A stretch of DNA of 62,711 nt from Porticoccaceae bacterium (lineage in GTDB: Bacteria; Pseudomonadota; Gammaproteobacteria; Pseudomonadales; GM7GCV1), in NCBI GenBank assembly GCA_018662305.1, contig JABJGI010000148.1, positions 1 to 62,711 of the forward strand. The letters run 5' to 3'. Of this stretch, positions 23,169 through 32,195 are shown piece by piece. The notes beneath the pieces are model-generated. The model was not told where the DNA came from, did no database searches, and saw nothing but the letters and a program-made list of their open reading frames with translations. Position 1 is the first letter of the stretch. Every line of letters starts with the position of its first letter. A program made the translations under genes and the position numbers.

Positions 23169-24230
23169 ATGTTCGAACAATTCAACACCAAAAGGAGTGC
23201 ATTTGTAGCACTTCTGTCAGCTCTTTTGTTTTACCCGCAGGCAGTTCTGTCTCACCACGGGGCAAACAACAACCCTGAAATGTATCTGGCAGAGAATCTG
23301 GTTCGCATAGAAGGCAGTGTCAGCAGAGTTTTTTGGCGCAACCCCCATCCAAGAATTATGGTCACTTCAGTTGACGAGTCCGGCGAAGAAATGGAGTGGG
23401 AGCTTGAAATGGGCTCCAATGTAAATGGCTACAACGCTATGGGTATTAGCGCCGATTTTGTAAAAGTCGGTGATCGAGTTCGAGCGGCAGGCGTGGTCTC
23501 ACGTCGTGATCCAAGCTCGATGGGACTACAGAATTTACTTCTCCCCAATGGTGAAGAACTCGTTACCCGAAATAACAGTCCAACGCTTTGGTCGGATGAC
23601 CGTATCTCCTCTGAACGGCGCGGTCCTACAGCAGAGCAAATTCGTGAAGCCGAAGCTACTGCCGATGGGCTGTTTCGTACTTGGGGCCGGCGCACTGGAC
23701 CTCGTCCGAGCCCAGAGGAATATTCACACCTCTTGACGGAGGAGGGCAGAGCGATGCAGGAAGCCTACGACTTCGCATTTGACAATCCTGAGTTGGACTG
23801 CCAATCAGGTCTAGCCTCAAACATGTTTGATCCAACCCCGATGCAAATCATTAATAACGGGGACCACCTTGTGATTTACACTGAGGAATACGACCTTATG
23901 CGTTCTGTATACATGACCGACGACCGTCCGGAACCTGAATACTCGAATCTCGGCTATTCTGTGGGCCGTATGGAGGGTGAGGTACTGGTGGTAGAAACCA
24001 GTCACATCGATTGGCCAAACTTTGATCCATACGGTACGCCACAATCCAGGGAAATGACCTATGTGGAGCGCTTCTGGGTCGCGGAGGATGACAGCCGACT
24101 GCAGTACCGTATCGAAGCAACGGATCCTGTCTATTTAACCGACACGATCATGCTAGAGAGAGAATGGATGTGGCAGCCGGGTGTGCAAATGGTGGAGTTT
24201 AACTGTGCCGCTGAAGTAGCTGCCGACTAA
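23169..24230 (+). CDS. secreted HH-NPH family protein, long form (P5)
   Basis: 353 aa. ...QAVLS then HHGANN. WRNPH. GYSVGRMEGEVLVVET. YVERF. Cys pair (LDCQSG, FNCAAE). GGGGGAG upstream. Confidence 0.7.
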   Translation: MFEQFNTKRSAFVALLSALLFYPQAVLSHHGANNNPEMYLAENLVRIEGSVSRVFWRNPHPRIMVTSVDESGEEMEWELEMGSNVNGYNAMGISADFVKVGDRVRAAGVVSRRDPSSMGLQNLLLPNGEELVTRNNSPTLWSDDRISSERRGPTAEQIREAEATADGLFRTWGRRTGPRPSPEEYSHLLTEEGRAMQEAYDFAFDNPELDCQSGLASNMFDPTPMQIINNGDHLVIYTEEYDLMRSVYMTDDRPEPEYSNLGYSVGRMEGEVLVVETSHIDWPNFDPYGTPQSREMTYVERFWVAEDDSRLQYRIEATDPVYLTDTIMLEREWMWQPGVQMVEFNCAAEVAAD

Positions 24231-24260
24231 CTTTTCTTTTCTTTCATTTTAGATTTAAAA

Positions 24261-24289
24261 AGCCCAGCTCTGAGTAGCTGGGCTTTTTC
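24261..24289 (+). terminator. intrinsic terminator
   Basis: AGCCCAGCT / AGCTGGGCT stem, 6-nt loop, then TTTTT. Confidence 0.75.
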
Positions 24290-24385
24290 ATGGGCGACTT
24301 TTGTAAAGAGACTTGCGCTCAATACACTCTTATTAGAGTCTTAATTCTCGGATTTAAATCGAGCCAGGCTTAAAGGGGTAAGCAC

Positions 24386-24784
24386 ATGCGCATTTTATTA
24401 TTTTCTCTCTCCGTTCTGATCCTATTGCTTAGTTCTAGCGCAGCCTTTTCCCAAGCGACCGGTGTTTCAACGCCAGAAATGACGATGGTAAACTTTAACG
24501 ACGGCGAGCCGAGAGTGATGGCAGATGGTCGAATCGTGCATCGCGTCAGCGCCGCCACAACTGGCCTTGTCTATGTCGAGTGGCCCGAGGGATCTTCGAC
24601 TACGCCGCACAATCACGCCAATGAACTGGTATTAGCAGTCGTGTCAGGTAGTCTTCGCGCCATCAGTGGGGATAAGGAATTCATAATGGAGGCCGGTGAT
24701 GTTGTCATTATCCCGGCCTGGGTGGAACACAGTTATACAGCCTTGGAAGACACACTGACTTACGAAGCATCGGGGCCGGGCTAA
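24386..24784 (+). CDS. exported cupin-domain protein
   Basis: 132 aa. Signal peptide. TPHNHANELVLAVVSG...AGDVVIIPAWVEHSY (cupin motifs 1 and 2). Confidence 0.65.
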   Translation: MRILLFSLSVLILLLSSSAAFSQATGVSTPEMTMVNFNDGEPRVMADGRIVHRVSAATTGLVYVEWPEGSSTTPHNHANELVLAVVSGSLRAISGDKEFIMEAGDVVIIPAWVEHSYTALEDTLTYEASGPG

Positions 24785-24825
24785 AACGAGAAACTTGCAT
24801 ACTTGCTAATTCAACTGGGGGACTA

Positions 24826-26337
24826 ATGTACTTTTTAACAAAGATCAGATGGGTGCTAACAGCGCCTCTATTAATTGCAGCATTTTTTGTTCATTCGCAG
24901 GAATATGGCTCTACCGATTTTGAAGCCACTGGTCTGCCCGAGGCACACGAAGCCTTTACCCTGGGGCTTCTAAAGATGCATAACTTTGAATATGCAGATG
25001 CTTTAGAGTCATTTAAAGAAGCACAAGCTATAGACCCCAATTTTACGATGGCCTATTGGGGCGAAGCTCTCGCCTACGATCAATTCTTCTGGCATCGGCA
25101 TGATCTAGAAAAGTCTCGAGCCGCGATGGCCAAGCTTGGAAGTACAGCTGAAGAGAGAGCATCCCGAGCGGTTACTCAAAGAGAGAAGGACTACTTACAT
25201 ACTATTGAAGTTCTTTTTGGTGAGGGAAGCGAGCATGAGAGGGAAGTGGCCTATTCTGATGCCCTCCAAGCCCTCCATGAGAAATATCCCGAAGATCTTG
25301 ATGCGGCTGCATTTTATGCTCTGTCCATATTAGCGACTAGCTATGACGGACGAGACTACGCTCGCTATATGAAGGCTGGGGCTATAACGGAAAGTATTTT
25401 GGCGGTGAACCCCCGGCATCCAGGGGCACTCCACTACAACATTCACAGTTATGACGACCCAATCCACGCGCCTCTCGGGCTGCGTTCCGCCAAAACCTAT
25501 AACGAAGTAGCCCCTTCTGCCGTGCATGCGCTGCATATGGGATCTCATATTTACTATGCTTTGGGCATGTGGGAGCTAGGTGTTGAGCGAAACATCCGTT
25601 CCTATGAGGAAGATGTTTCTCGCCAAGCTGATCCAAACGATCCATATGGTGGGCAGGCCTATCACGCGCTAACCTGGGTCCCCTATGGTTATCAGCAGAT
25701 GGGTGATTTTGAAACAGCGAGAGAATATATCGGTCGAATTGAAAAGCAGGTTGAGCAATATGGTGATCAGGCGTCAGTGCACCGAAATCACTATGTCACA
25801 ACTAGAGCCTCCTTCCTTGTGGATTCTCTGGATTGGGATGGAGATTTGGCGGATGTACAGATTAGCCATGACGGACTTAGTGACTACGCCATAACAACTG
25901 ACCTCTATGTGGATGGATTAGTGGCTTTAAACAGAGGCGATGTAGATAAAAGTCGCTCAGCCTTGAGAATGATGAATATGCACGCCGGTGAAGAGATGGG
26001 CGGTATGAGTTCAATGGAAGGCATGGTGATGACGTCAGCCAGGAGAGCGGATACGGCTCCACTCTTGTTACGTCTGGCGCTCGAAGGACAAATTGAGCTT
26101 GCCAGCGGAAATGCCGAAAAGGCAGTTGAACTGATTTCTCGTGCCGAGCAGATTGAGGGTGCGTTGGCCTCCGAATATGGCCCGGCAGTGCCTGTGCAAC
26201 CTATGGCGGAACTTTTGGCCGACGTCTACAGAGAGACTGGCGATAATGAAATGGCTCGCAAATATTACGAGCTCTCGCTAACCCGAGCTGTTGGTAGACA
26301 TCGCTCGCTTGAGGGATTGGCCAAACTGTCGGACTAA
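24826..26337 (+). CDS. exported helical-repeat (TPR-like) protein
   Basis: 503 aa. Signal peptide. Repeated A-x-x-x-F/Y-x-x-A helical-pair patterns (YADALESFKEAQAIDPNFTMAYWG...). Confidence 0.4.
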   Translation: MYFLTKIRWVLTAPLLIAAFFVHSQEYGSTDFEATGLPEAHEAFTLGLLKMHNFEYADALESFKEAQAIDPNFTMAYWGEALAYDQFFWHRHDLEKSRAAMAKLGSTAEERASRAVTQREKDYLHTIEVLFGEGSEHEREVAYSDALQALHEKYPEDLDAAAFYALSILATSYDGRDYARYMKAGAITESILAVNPRHPGALHYNIHSYDDPIHAPLGLRSAKTYNEVAPSAVHALHMGSHIYYALGMWELGVERNIRSYEEDVSRQADPNDPYGGQAYHALTWVPYGYQQMGDFETAREYIGRIEKQVEQYGDQASVHRNHYVTTRASFLVDSLDWDGDLADVQISHDGLSDYAITTDLYVDGLVALNRGDVDKSRSALRMMNMHAGEEMGGMSSMEGMVMTSARRADTAPLLLRLALEGQIELASGNAEKAVELISRAEQIEGALASEYGPAVPVQPMAELLADVYRETGDNEMARKYYELSLTRAVGRHRSLEGLAKLSD

Positions 26338-26442
26338 CAGTAAAAACTGTATTCGAGGTAAAAACTGCCGAACCAAAAGGGTTCAATTTTCAGGTTCAAT
26401 TCGGGCCTCTTTAGCAACAAGTTATTCAACTCTGGGGGCTCG

Positions 26443-28065
26443 ATGTTTTCTATCCAAAGGCAAAACCTGACTGTTCTGCTTTCTCTTTCTTTGTGGGCTG
26501 GCGTTGTTGCGGCCCAGCAGAACCCGCTGCTGCTAACCAACGGAAAAATTCTTACGCTCGATTCGGAAAACTCCATTGCTTCCAGCATGCTCCTATACCG
26601 GGGTCAGATTGAAGCCGTCGATGATCTATCCCATGGCCTGATTCGGGACGCAGAAGTTTTGGATCTTGAAGGGCGGACTGTAATTCCCGGTATGTATGAC
26701 TCCCATATGCACTTTATCCGAGGCACCTTGCGACCTGGCTACGATATGCGTCGAGTTGAAGAAGCCAGTTCCATAGCGGAGTTGCTCGAAGAAATTGAGG
26801 ACCACTCTTCGCAGGTGCCGGCAGGGGAGTTTATTACCGCGATAGGCGGTTGGGATCCGATTCAGTTTCTTGGTGAAAACCGGTTTCCCACTTTGGATGA
26901 GCTCGACTCTGTGGCAACCGAACACCCTTTCTATATGCATCTGCGTGCAAACGGTCCAGCGGTTACCAACTCTCTAGGCAAAACCATTCTTGAGAACGCC
27001 GGTATCGAGGTCGCAGAAGATGGAATGATTACCACTGGCGAACAGGCTGTTGCTGCTTTCAATTATCTTAAGAGCCAACAAACAGATGAAGACAGAGTCC
27101 GAGGCGCTCGTGATTTTATGCATTACGCTAATAGCCTTGGTTTGACCGCTGTCCGGGACCATGGTGGTACACCAATAGCCGGCGCTCAGCTTTTTGAACC
27201 CTATAACGACTACGACACCATGCTTGACCTCTGGCGCAACGATTTGATGAGTATGAGAGTGCGGCTTGGATTAATGAATTCGGATGAGATGGTAGGTGAT
27301 GGCACCGGAAACTCGGGCGTCGAACAGAGATTGCGGAATAATTTCATGGGCCTGGGTGACGACATGCTTAAAGTTTCCGGGTTGGGGGAGAACAACGTCA
27401 GAAACGCAACAGGTGAAGCTTTCGTCAATATGGCTAAATTGGCCGCTCAAGCTGGTTGGAGTTTGGAGCAGCACTCTTCTCAGCTGGCTCAAAACGAATT
27501 TCATATTGCAGCCTTTGAGGCGGCAAACGAAGTTGCCTCAATAGAAGACCTTCGTTGGACGCTTACCCATGTGCAGCAAATTACTCCTGATATTGCACAG
27601 CGCCTCTTAAATTTGGGCGGCGGCGTAACCGTTCAGGTGCATCGGTATTTGAATAGAGGGAATGTCACCAATAATCAGGGTGGCCCACCTCTGCGAATGC
27701 TGACAGATATGGGAGTTCCCATCGGTGGTGGAACGGACAGCACAAATGCACAACCCATGAATCCCTGGTACTCCATCTATTACATGGTAACGGGCAAAAA
27801 TGTTGGCGGATACGAAGTAAACGCTGGGCAGCAACTTACGCGTATGGAAGCTCTACGTACCTACACCATGGGTAGCGCCTGGGTTACGAAAGATGATGAG
27901 AAGTTTGGTTCTCTCGAGGTGGGTAAGCTTGCCGACCTAGTGGTGCTAAATGAAGATTATCTGGAAGTCTCGGATAGCGAGATTCGAGACTTGAGTTCAG
28001 TTCTGACTCTGCTCAATGGGGAGATTGTTTATACTGACCCGAGCGTTAACCTGATGGCGCATTGA
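26443..28065 (+). CDS. exported amidohydrolase-superfamily metallo-hydrolase (Amidohydro_3/YtcJ-like)
   Basis: 540 aa. Signal peptide. GMYDSHMHF (HxH), GGGTDS, KLADLVVLNEDY C-terminal motif. Confidence 0.7.
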   Translation: MFSIQRQNLTVLLSLSLWAGVVAAQQNPLLLTNGKILTLDSENSIASSMLLYRGQIEAVDDLSHGLIRDAEVLDLEGRTVIPGMYDSHMHFIRGTLRPGYDMRRVEEASSIAELLEEIEDHSSQVPAGEFITAIGGWDPIQFLGENRFPTLDELDSVATEHPFYMHLRANGPAVTNSLGKTILENAGIEVAEDGMITTGEQAVAAFNYLKSQQTDEDRVRGARDFMHYANSLGLTAVRDHGGTPIAGAQLFEPYNDYDTMLDLWRNDLMSMRVRLGLMNSDEMVGDGTGNSGVEQRLRNNFMGLGDDMLKVSGLGENNVRNATGEAFVNMAKLAAQAGWSLEQHSSQLAQNEFHIAAFEAANEVASIEDLRWTLTHVQQITPDIAQRLLNLGGGVTVQVHRYLNRGNVTNNQGGPPLRMLTDMGVPIGGGTDSTNAQPMNPWYSIYYMVTGKNVGGYEVNAGQQLTRMEALRTYTMGSAWVTKDDEKFGSLEVGKLADLVVLNEDYLEVSDSEIRDLSSVLTLLNGEIVYTDPSVNLMAH

Positions 28066-28100
28066 ACTGAATTTTGTTGTCAGTATTTAAGGAATAAGGA

Positions 28101-28826
28101 ATGAAGCGGTTTAAGGTTCTACTCTTTGTCGTTGCTAATCTCTGCGTCTCTGCGAGCATTGCTCAAATGTATCCTGCCGACGGCAATGTCGGTGTGCCGG
28201 GAGAGGAGATGTTCCAGGCCTGCGGATTTTGCCACGGCAATCAGGGGCAGGGCCGTCAACGTCTGGACGCGCCGCCCATTGCGGGTCTGCAAGCATGGTA
28301 CGTGGAACGCCAGCTCAACAATTTCGACAACGGGGTTCGCGGCCAACATTCAGAAGACCTTCCCGGTGCACAGATGGATATTATTTCCGTGATGTTGCGA
28401 AATGAGGCAACAGTCGAGAATGTTGCAGCTTATGTGGAAACTCTGGAACCGGGAGGCCCGCGCATGACTATTGGACCTCCCGGGCAAGAGCGCCCCGAGC
28501 CCTTGGAACGGCCTTTTACCTGGGAGTCCGAATATGCTTCTCTCGATGTGCCAGAGCCAGGCAATGCCGAACGTGGCGGGAATTTATATAACGCCGTCTG
28601 CCTCGCCTGCCATGGCGCAACGGGGCTTGGCTTGGAGACTCTGGGCGCGCCTAACTTAACCGTATTGCCCGGTTGGTATATGGAGCGGCAGATGGAGTAT
28701 TTCCGCGACGGTATTCGCGGGGCCGACACTCGGGACAGCTATGGTCAACAGATGGCGGCTTTCGCACAATTTCTCGCAGACGATCAGGCAATCGCTGATG
28801 TGGTTGCTTACATCGAAACTCTATAG
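28101..28826 (+). CDS. periplasmic diheme c-type cytochrome (cytochrome c4-like), copy 2
   Basis: 241 aa. CGFCHG and CLACHG. Same motif layout as 14849-15550, with roughly half the positions identical by eye and an identical DQAIADVVAYI tail. Confidence 0.8.
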   Translation: MKRFKVLLFVVANLCVSASIAQMYPADGNVGVPGEEMFQACGFCHGNQGQGRQRLDAPPIAGLQAWYVERQLNNFDNGVRGQHSEDLPGAQMDIISVMLRNEATVENVAAYVETLEPGGPRMTIGPPGQERPEPLERPFTWESEYASLDVPEPGNAERGGNLYNAVCLACHGATGLGLETLGAPNLTVLPGWYMERQMEYFRDGIRGADTRDSYGQQMAAFAQFLADDQAIADVVAYIETL

Positions 28827-28852
28827 AACTCATTGGATCGGAAGTGACTCAG

Positions 28853-29434
28853 ATGAAACCTGTACTTAGATCAACCGCCTTTCTAATGGCATTTTTCTTT
28901 TCACACTTAAGTTCAGCAGCGACTCTCGCAGAGCTCAAATTAATAGCACCCTTGGAAGAAGAGCGGGGCTGGTGTGTCGATCTTTTTGCCCACCTAACCG
29001 GGGGACTGCCTATTGGCGGTTTCCAGGGGCACAATTGCTTTTCCTATTTCAACGAAACTCCGACGGAGGATCAGGGCTTTGATGCCGAGATGTTTCTGCA
29101 GGAGGGAGTGATCCGTCTAGCCTATTTTGATATTTGTATGACGGTGCATGAGCCCAGAGCGGGTTCCTTTGTCGCCTCGGAGCCTTGTACCGGAGAAGAT
29201 GTTCAGAAGTTTGATATCCAGGAGAGTGGGGAGATTGTTTCGGTCTCTTCTCCTAGCCTTTGCCTAACAGCGGGAACGAGGTTGGTGACTGGCGGCGGTG
29301 GTGATCCAATTCATCTAATCCGTGGGCTAACATTTGAGGAGTGCGATGCGGCAATTGCGGAGAGACAGCAATGGGAACTGCGCTATCAGTGGGAAGGGCC
29401 AGAAGAGGCCACCTTGCCTAGACCCTATAATTAG
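28853..29434 (+). CDS. secreted ricin-B/beta-trefoil-like protein, copy 2
   Basis: Start moved to the ATG (MKPVLRS) after GGAAG. WCVDL / ICMTV / LCLTA, QKFDIQESGEI, QQWELR. Shares the ...TLPRPY C-terminus with copy 1. Confidence 0.5.
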   Translation: MKPVLRSTAFLMAFFFSHLSSAATLAELKLIAPLEEERGWCVDLFAHLTGGLPIGGFQGHNCFSYFNETPTEDQGFDAEMFLQEGVIRLAYFDICMTVHEPRAGSFVASEPCTGEDVQKFDIQESGEIVSVSSPSLCLTAGTRLVTGGGGDPIHLIRGLTFEECDAAIAERQQWELRYQWEGPEEATLPRPYN

Positions 29435-29474
29435 CCAGACTCTATTTTTAGAAAACAATTAGAACCCCATAAAT

Positions 29475-29505
29475 AAAAAAAAGAGGCCAGTTGGCCTCTT
29501 TTTTT
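29475..29505. terminator. bidirectional intrinsic terminator
   Basis: A-run, GAGGCC / GGCCTC stem, then T7. Lies between convergent genes. Confidence 0.7.
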
Positions 29506-29518
29506 AGATGCCTTACTG

Positions 29519-29953
29519 CTACTCGAAAATAACACTTTGATTGGAAAAATTGACGCGGATATTAAAAGTGCCCTCGTTAAGGCTCCAGCGCCTGAGGGTG
29601 TATGTCCGCAACCCGTTTGCATGCATTGGGTCTGAGTCGGCAATTTCTCGTGCGTGCTCAAAGGAATCCGCACGAATAATAATCAGTCCTGAAGTGGGTG
29701 GACCTCCCTCGACGCCTTCTTCACGCAGAGATCCGGCACCAAACATAATGCCTCTTCTTTCAAGATCATCCTGGTGGGCGAGGTGGGACTGCATGAAGTT
29801 TCCGGCCTCTGATGCTCGTTCGGGAACTCCTGTTGTTTCGATCACATACAAAGCCATGCGCAGCGGATTGCGTTCTTGTGCTAGAGCCGGTTGGATACTC
29901 GCAAAGACCAATATCGCCAGCATGCTTAAAGCCTTAATCACTCTAATTTTCAT
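29519..29953 (-). CDS. exported YciI-like protein
   Basis: Start moved to MKIRVIKALSMLAILVFASIQPALA. ALYVIE...HLAHQDDLERRGIMFGAG...IIRADSFEHAREIADSDPMHANGL is typical of the YciI family. Confidence 0.6.
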   Translation of the reverse strand: MKIRVIKALSMLAILVFASIQPALAQERNPLRMALYVIETTGVPERASEAGNFMQSHLAHQDDLERRGIMFGAGSLREEGVEGGPPTSGLIIIRADSFEHAREIADSDPMHANGLRTYTLRRWSLNEGTFNIRVNFSNQSVIFE

Positions 29954-30120
29954 TTTCTGTCCCTTCCCCACAATCAAAAAATTGAATCTCCATTCTAGAC
30001 CTTTGCACTAGACCTTCGCCCCATGGTCGCGCCCAACTTAGCAAAAGTTTTCAATCTAAAGCAGTTGGCGCTTAAGTGAAGGGAAGGCTAACATCTAGGT
30101 TATTCTCTGAGACTTGATTT

Positions 30121-31386
30121 GTGAGGCAGAACTTCTTGCGTAAAGATTCTAATAACCGACTAATCGCGTTGATGCTTCTGCTATTTCTCTCGAGTCTGGC
30201 GGCGCAGTCTCTAGCACAGTCGCAGGCAGAGAAGTTTAACGATGCCCGCTATGCCACCTATCGAACTTGGGCTTTGGCTCCGCCCTGGGCTGAAAATGGA
30301 TACAAGATTGTTTCCTTTATTCCGGAGAGCTATTTGCTCTTCCTCTCAGACGACGATCCTATCTATGTCTCCGGTCAAGAATACCGACTTGCTCTGACTC
30401 AAGACGGCGCAGAGGTCTTGGTCTTTTCCGAAGCTATATCTGAGCTGAGCTTTCAACGTTCCGTAGGCGACCATCAAGTAATTTTTAACGCTGACTATTT
30501 GCTTTGTAAGACAGTAGGTTGTTCTCCTGCTCTGGAAAGAGATTGGCTTGTGGCTCGGGGTGAGGCATTTCGGATCACCTCTTCGAGTCAGAGCTTGATC
30601 ACCTTAAGAGGAACTCGTGCAGGGCAAGTTGTAGAGGGATATGTGACACCCTCTGAATTAGATCGGCTGGCTCGTGTGGGTAAGGTCACTCGAGCAGATT
30701 TGCCGCAGCCGAGATACCAGATTGACAAGTATCTAGTGCCAACACTTTCTACAACCTGCGGACAAAGAAGAGAAGTTGGCGAGCAGATTCTGCTATCTGA
30801 AGAGGATATGGTCACGCGGGATTTGATCGAGCTGATTCCCATCGCACAGGCCAGCACAGAAGGACTTGAAGAAGAGCCTGAAAGTGAAAACGAAGAGACC
30901 GAACAGCTTTCCAGCACTGAGATAACCATTACCAGTGGATTTGGTGGGGAAGGCTATGCCAACGCTTTTTATCTCTACCGAATACGCAACTTCGAAACCG
31001 TATTTGATTCAGAAGAAGGCTATTTTGAAGTGGCCACTGCCCTGAAGATCGATTGCACCAGTTACGAGGATGGTTCCTATACGGAGAACTTTATTCAGCA
31101 TATGACCTTGGTCAATTCCAAGAATTTCTTTAATGGTCGGCCAATACCCAATGAAATACCCATCGACTATTTCGATACACCGAGAGACTTGCTGGATTAC
31201 ACAGGTGACGCCTACATGGTTAGCATCAACAAACCAGACCACTTCGAAGACGCACTGGAAATTCTGACCAGTCGCATAGGAGACAGACAGCTGTCAGGCT
31301 TTCTGCTCACCGAGCTGAACCGCAGTTGCCGATCCAGTATGCGCAACCCTTATTCCGAAAGTCCCTGCGTTTCCTACGACTATTAG
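30121..31386 (+). CDS. secreted hypothetical protein
   Basis: 421 aa, GTG start. Signal peptide LLLFLSSLAAQSLA. Acidic internal stretch. No motif recognised. Confidence 0.4.
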   Translation: MRQNFLRKDSNNRLIALMLLLFLSSLAAQSLAQSQAEKFNDARYATYRTWALAPPWAENGYKIVSFIPESYLLFLSDDDPIYVSGQEYRLALTQDGAEVLVFSEAISELSFQRSVGDHQVIFNADYLLCKTVGCSPALERDWLVARGEAFRITSSSQSLITLRGTRAGQVVEGYVTPSELDRLARVGKVTRADLPQPRYQIDKYLVPTLSTTCGQRREVGEQILLSEEDMVTRDLIELIPIAQASTEGLEEEPESENEETEQLSSTEITITSGFGGEGYANAFYLYRIRNFETVFDSEEGYFEVATALKIDCTSYEDGSYTENFIQHMTLVNSKNFFNGRPIPNEIPIDYFDTPRDLLDYTGDAYMVSINKPDHFEDALEILTSRIGDRQLSGFLLTELNRSCRSSMRNPYSESPCVSYDY

Positions 31387-31585
31387 TCGAACCGCTAGGG
31401 GCGGCAAGAACGCTGGGGCAAACCATCTCTTTTTCAAGAGCGATACTGTCACCTCTTTGACGTCGGTCAAGCAAATTCCCAAATAACTTTTTGAGGCCTA
31501 CTCCCTCATTCTCAGGTTGATGAAGATCAAATTTCTTCAGCCAATCTGGCGGGATGATGTGCTTATCCAATAAGGGAGAAATCAG

Positions 31586-32023
31586 ATGAATTCAAAATTT
31601 TTTATATCTTTATTACTTGTCTCAGGATTGGGACTTGGCGCGCATTCGGTTGTTGCTCAGGACGAAGTGCAAGATTTGGCCAATACCTGGGTAGCGGCCT
31701 ACAACTCATTTGACGGCGACGCTCTGGGCGATCTTTATACCGACAACGCCCACCTCTATGTGCACGGCTCACCTATGGTAATTGGGAGGGAGAGTATTCA
31801 GGCATTTTGGGAAGAGGATTTTCAGATCGATGTGCCTATGACTTTACTCACTGTGACCCACAGCGTGGAGGGGTACGACATGATGTTGGTTCACGGCAAC
31901 TATCAGGTAGTAGGTCGAGACACTGGCGAGCTTCTAGGGTCCGGACGTTTTGCTCATATTTGGCATGATGTCGAAGGTGGGTGGAAGTTGGATCAAGACC
32001 TCTGGAACCAGCCATACGACTAG
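31586..32023 (+). CDS. exported SnoaL/NTF2-like (DUF4440-type) protein
   Basis: 145 aa. Signal peptide. WVAAYNSFDGDALGDLYTDNAHLY...GRFAHIWHDVEGGWKL. Confidence 0.55.
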   Translation: MNSKFFISLLLVSGLGLGAHSVVAQDEVQDLANTWVAAYNSFDGDALGDLYTDNAHLYVHGSPMVIGRESIQAFWEEDFQIDVPMTLLTVTHSVEGYDMMLVHGNYQVVGRDTGELLGSGRFAHIWHDVEGGWKLDQDLWNQPYD

Positions 32024-32041
32024 AGCCCCAGTCGGGCATGG

Positions 32042-32069
32042 AAACCCAGCGCATCAGCTGGGTTTTTTT
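32042..32069 (+). terminator. intrinsic terminator
   Basis: AAACCCAGC / GCTGGGTTT stem, 6-nt loop, T-run. Confidence 0.7.
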
Positions 32070-32195
32070 GTTCCAAATAATAATTCGTATATCTATCGCA
32101 TCACTCCCTCTTTGTGCTGATAGGAAGTGTGGTCTCTGGCTAGTACTCGTATAATCGCTTTTTTTGAAGTGAGCGCTCTTCAACTTGAGTGAGCT

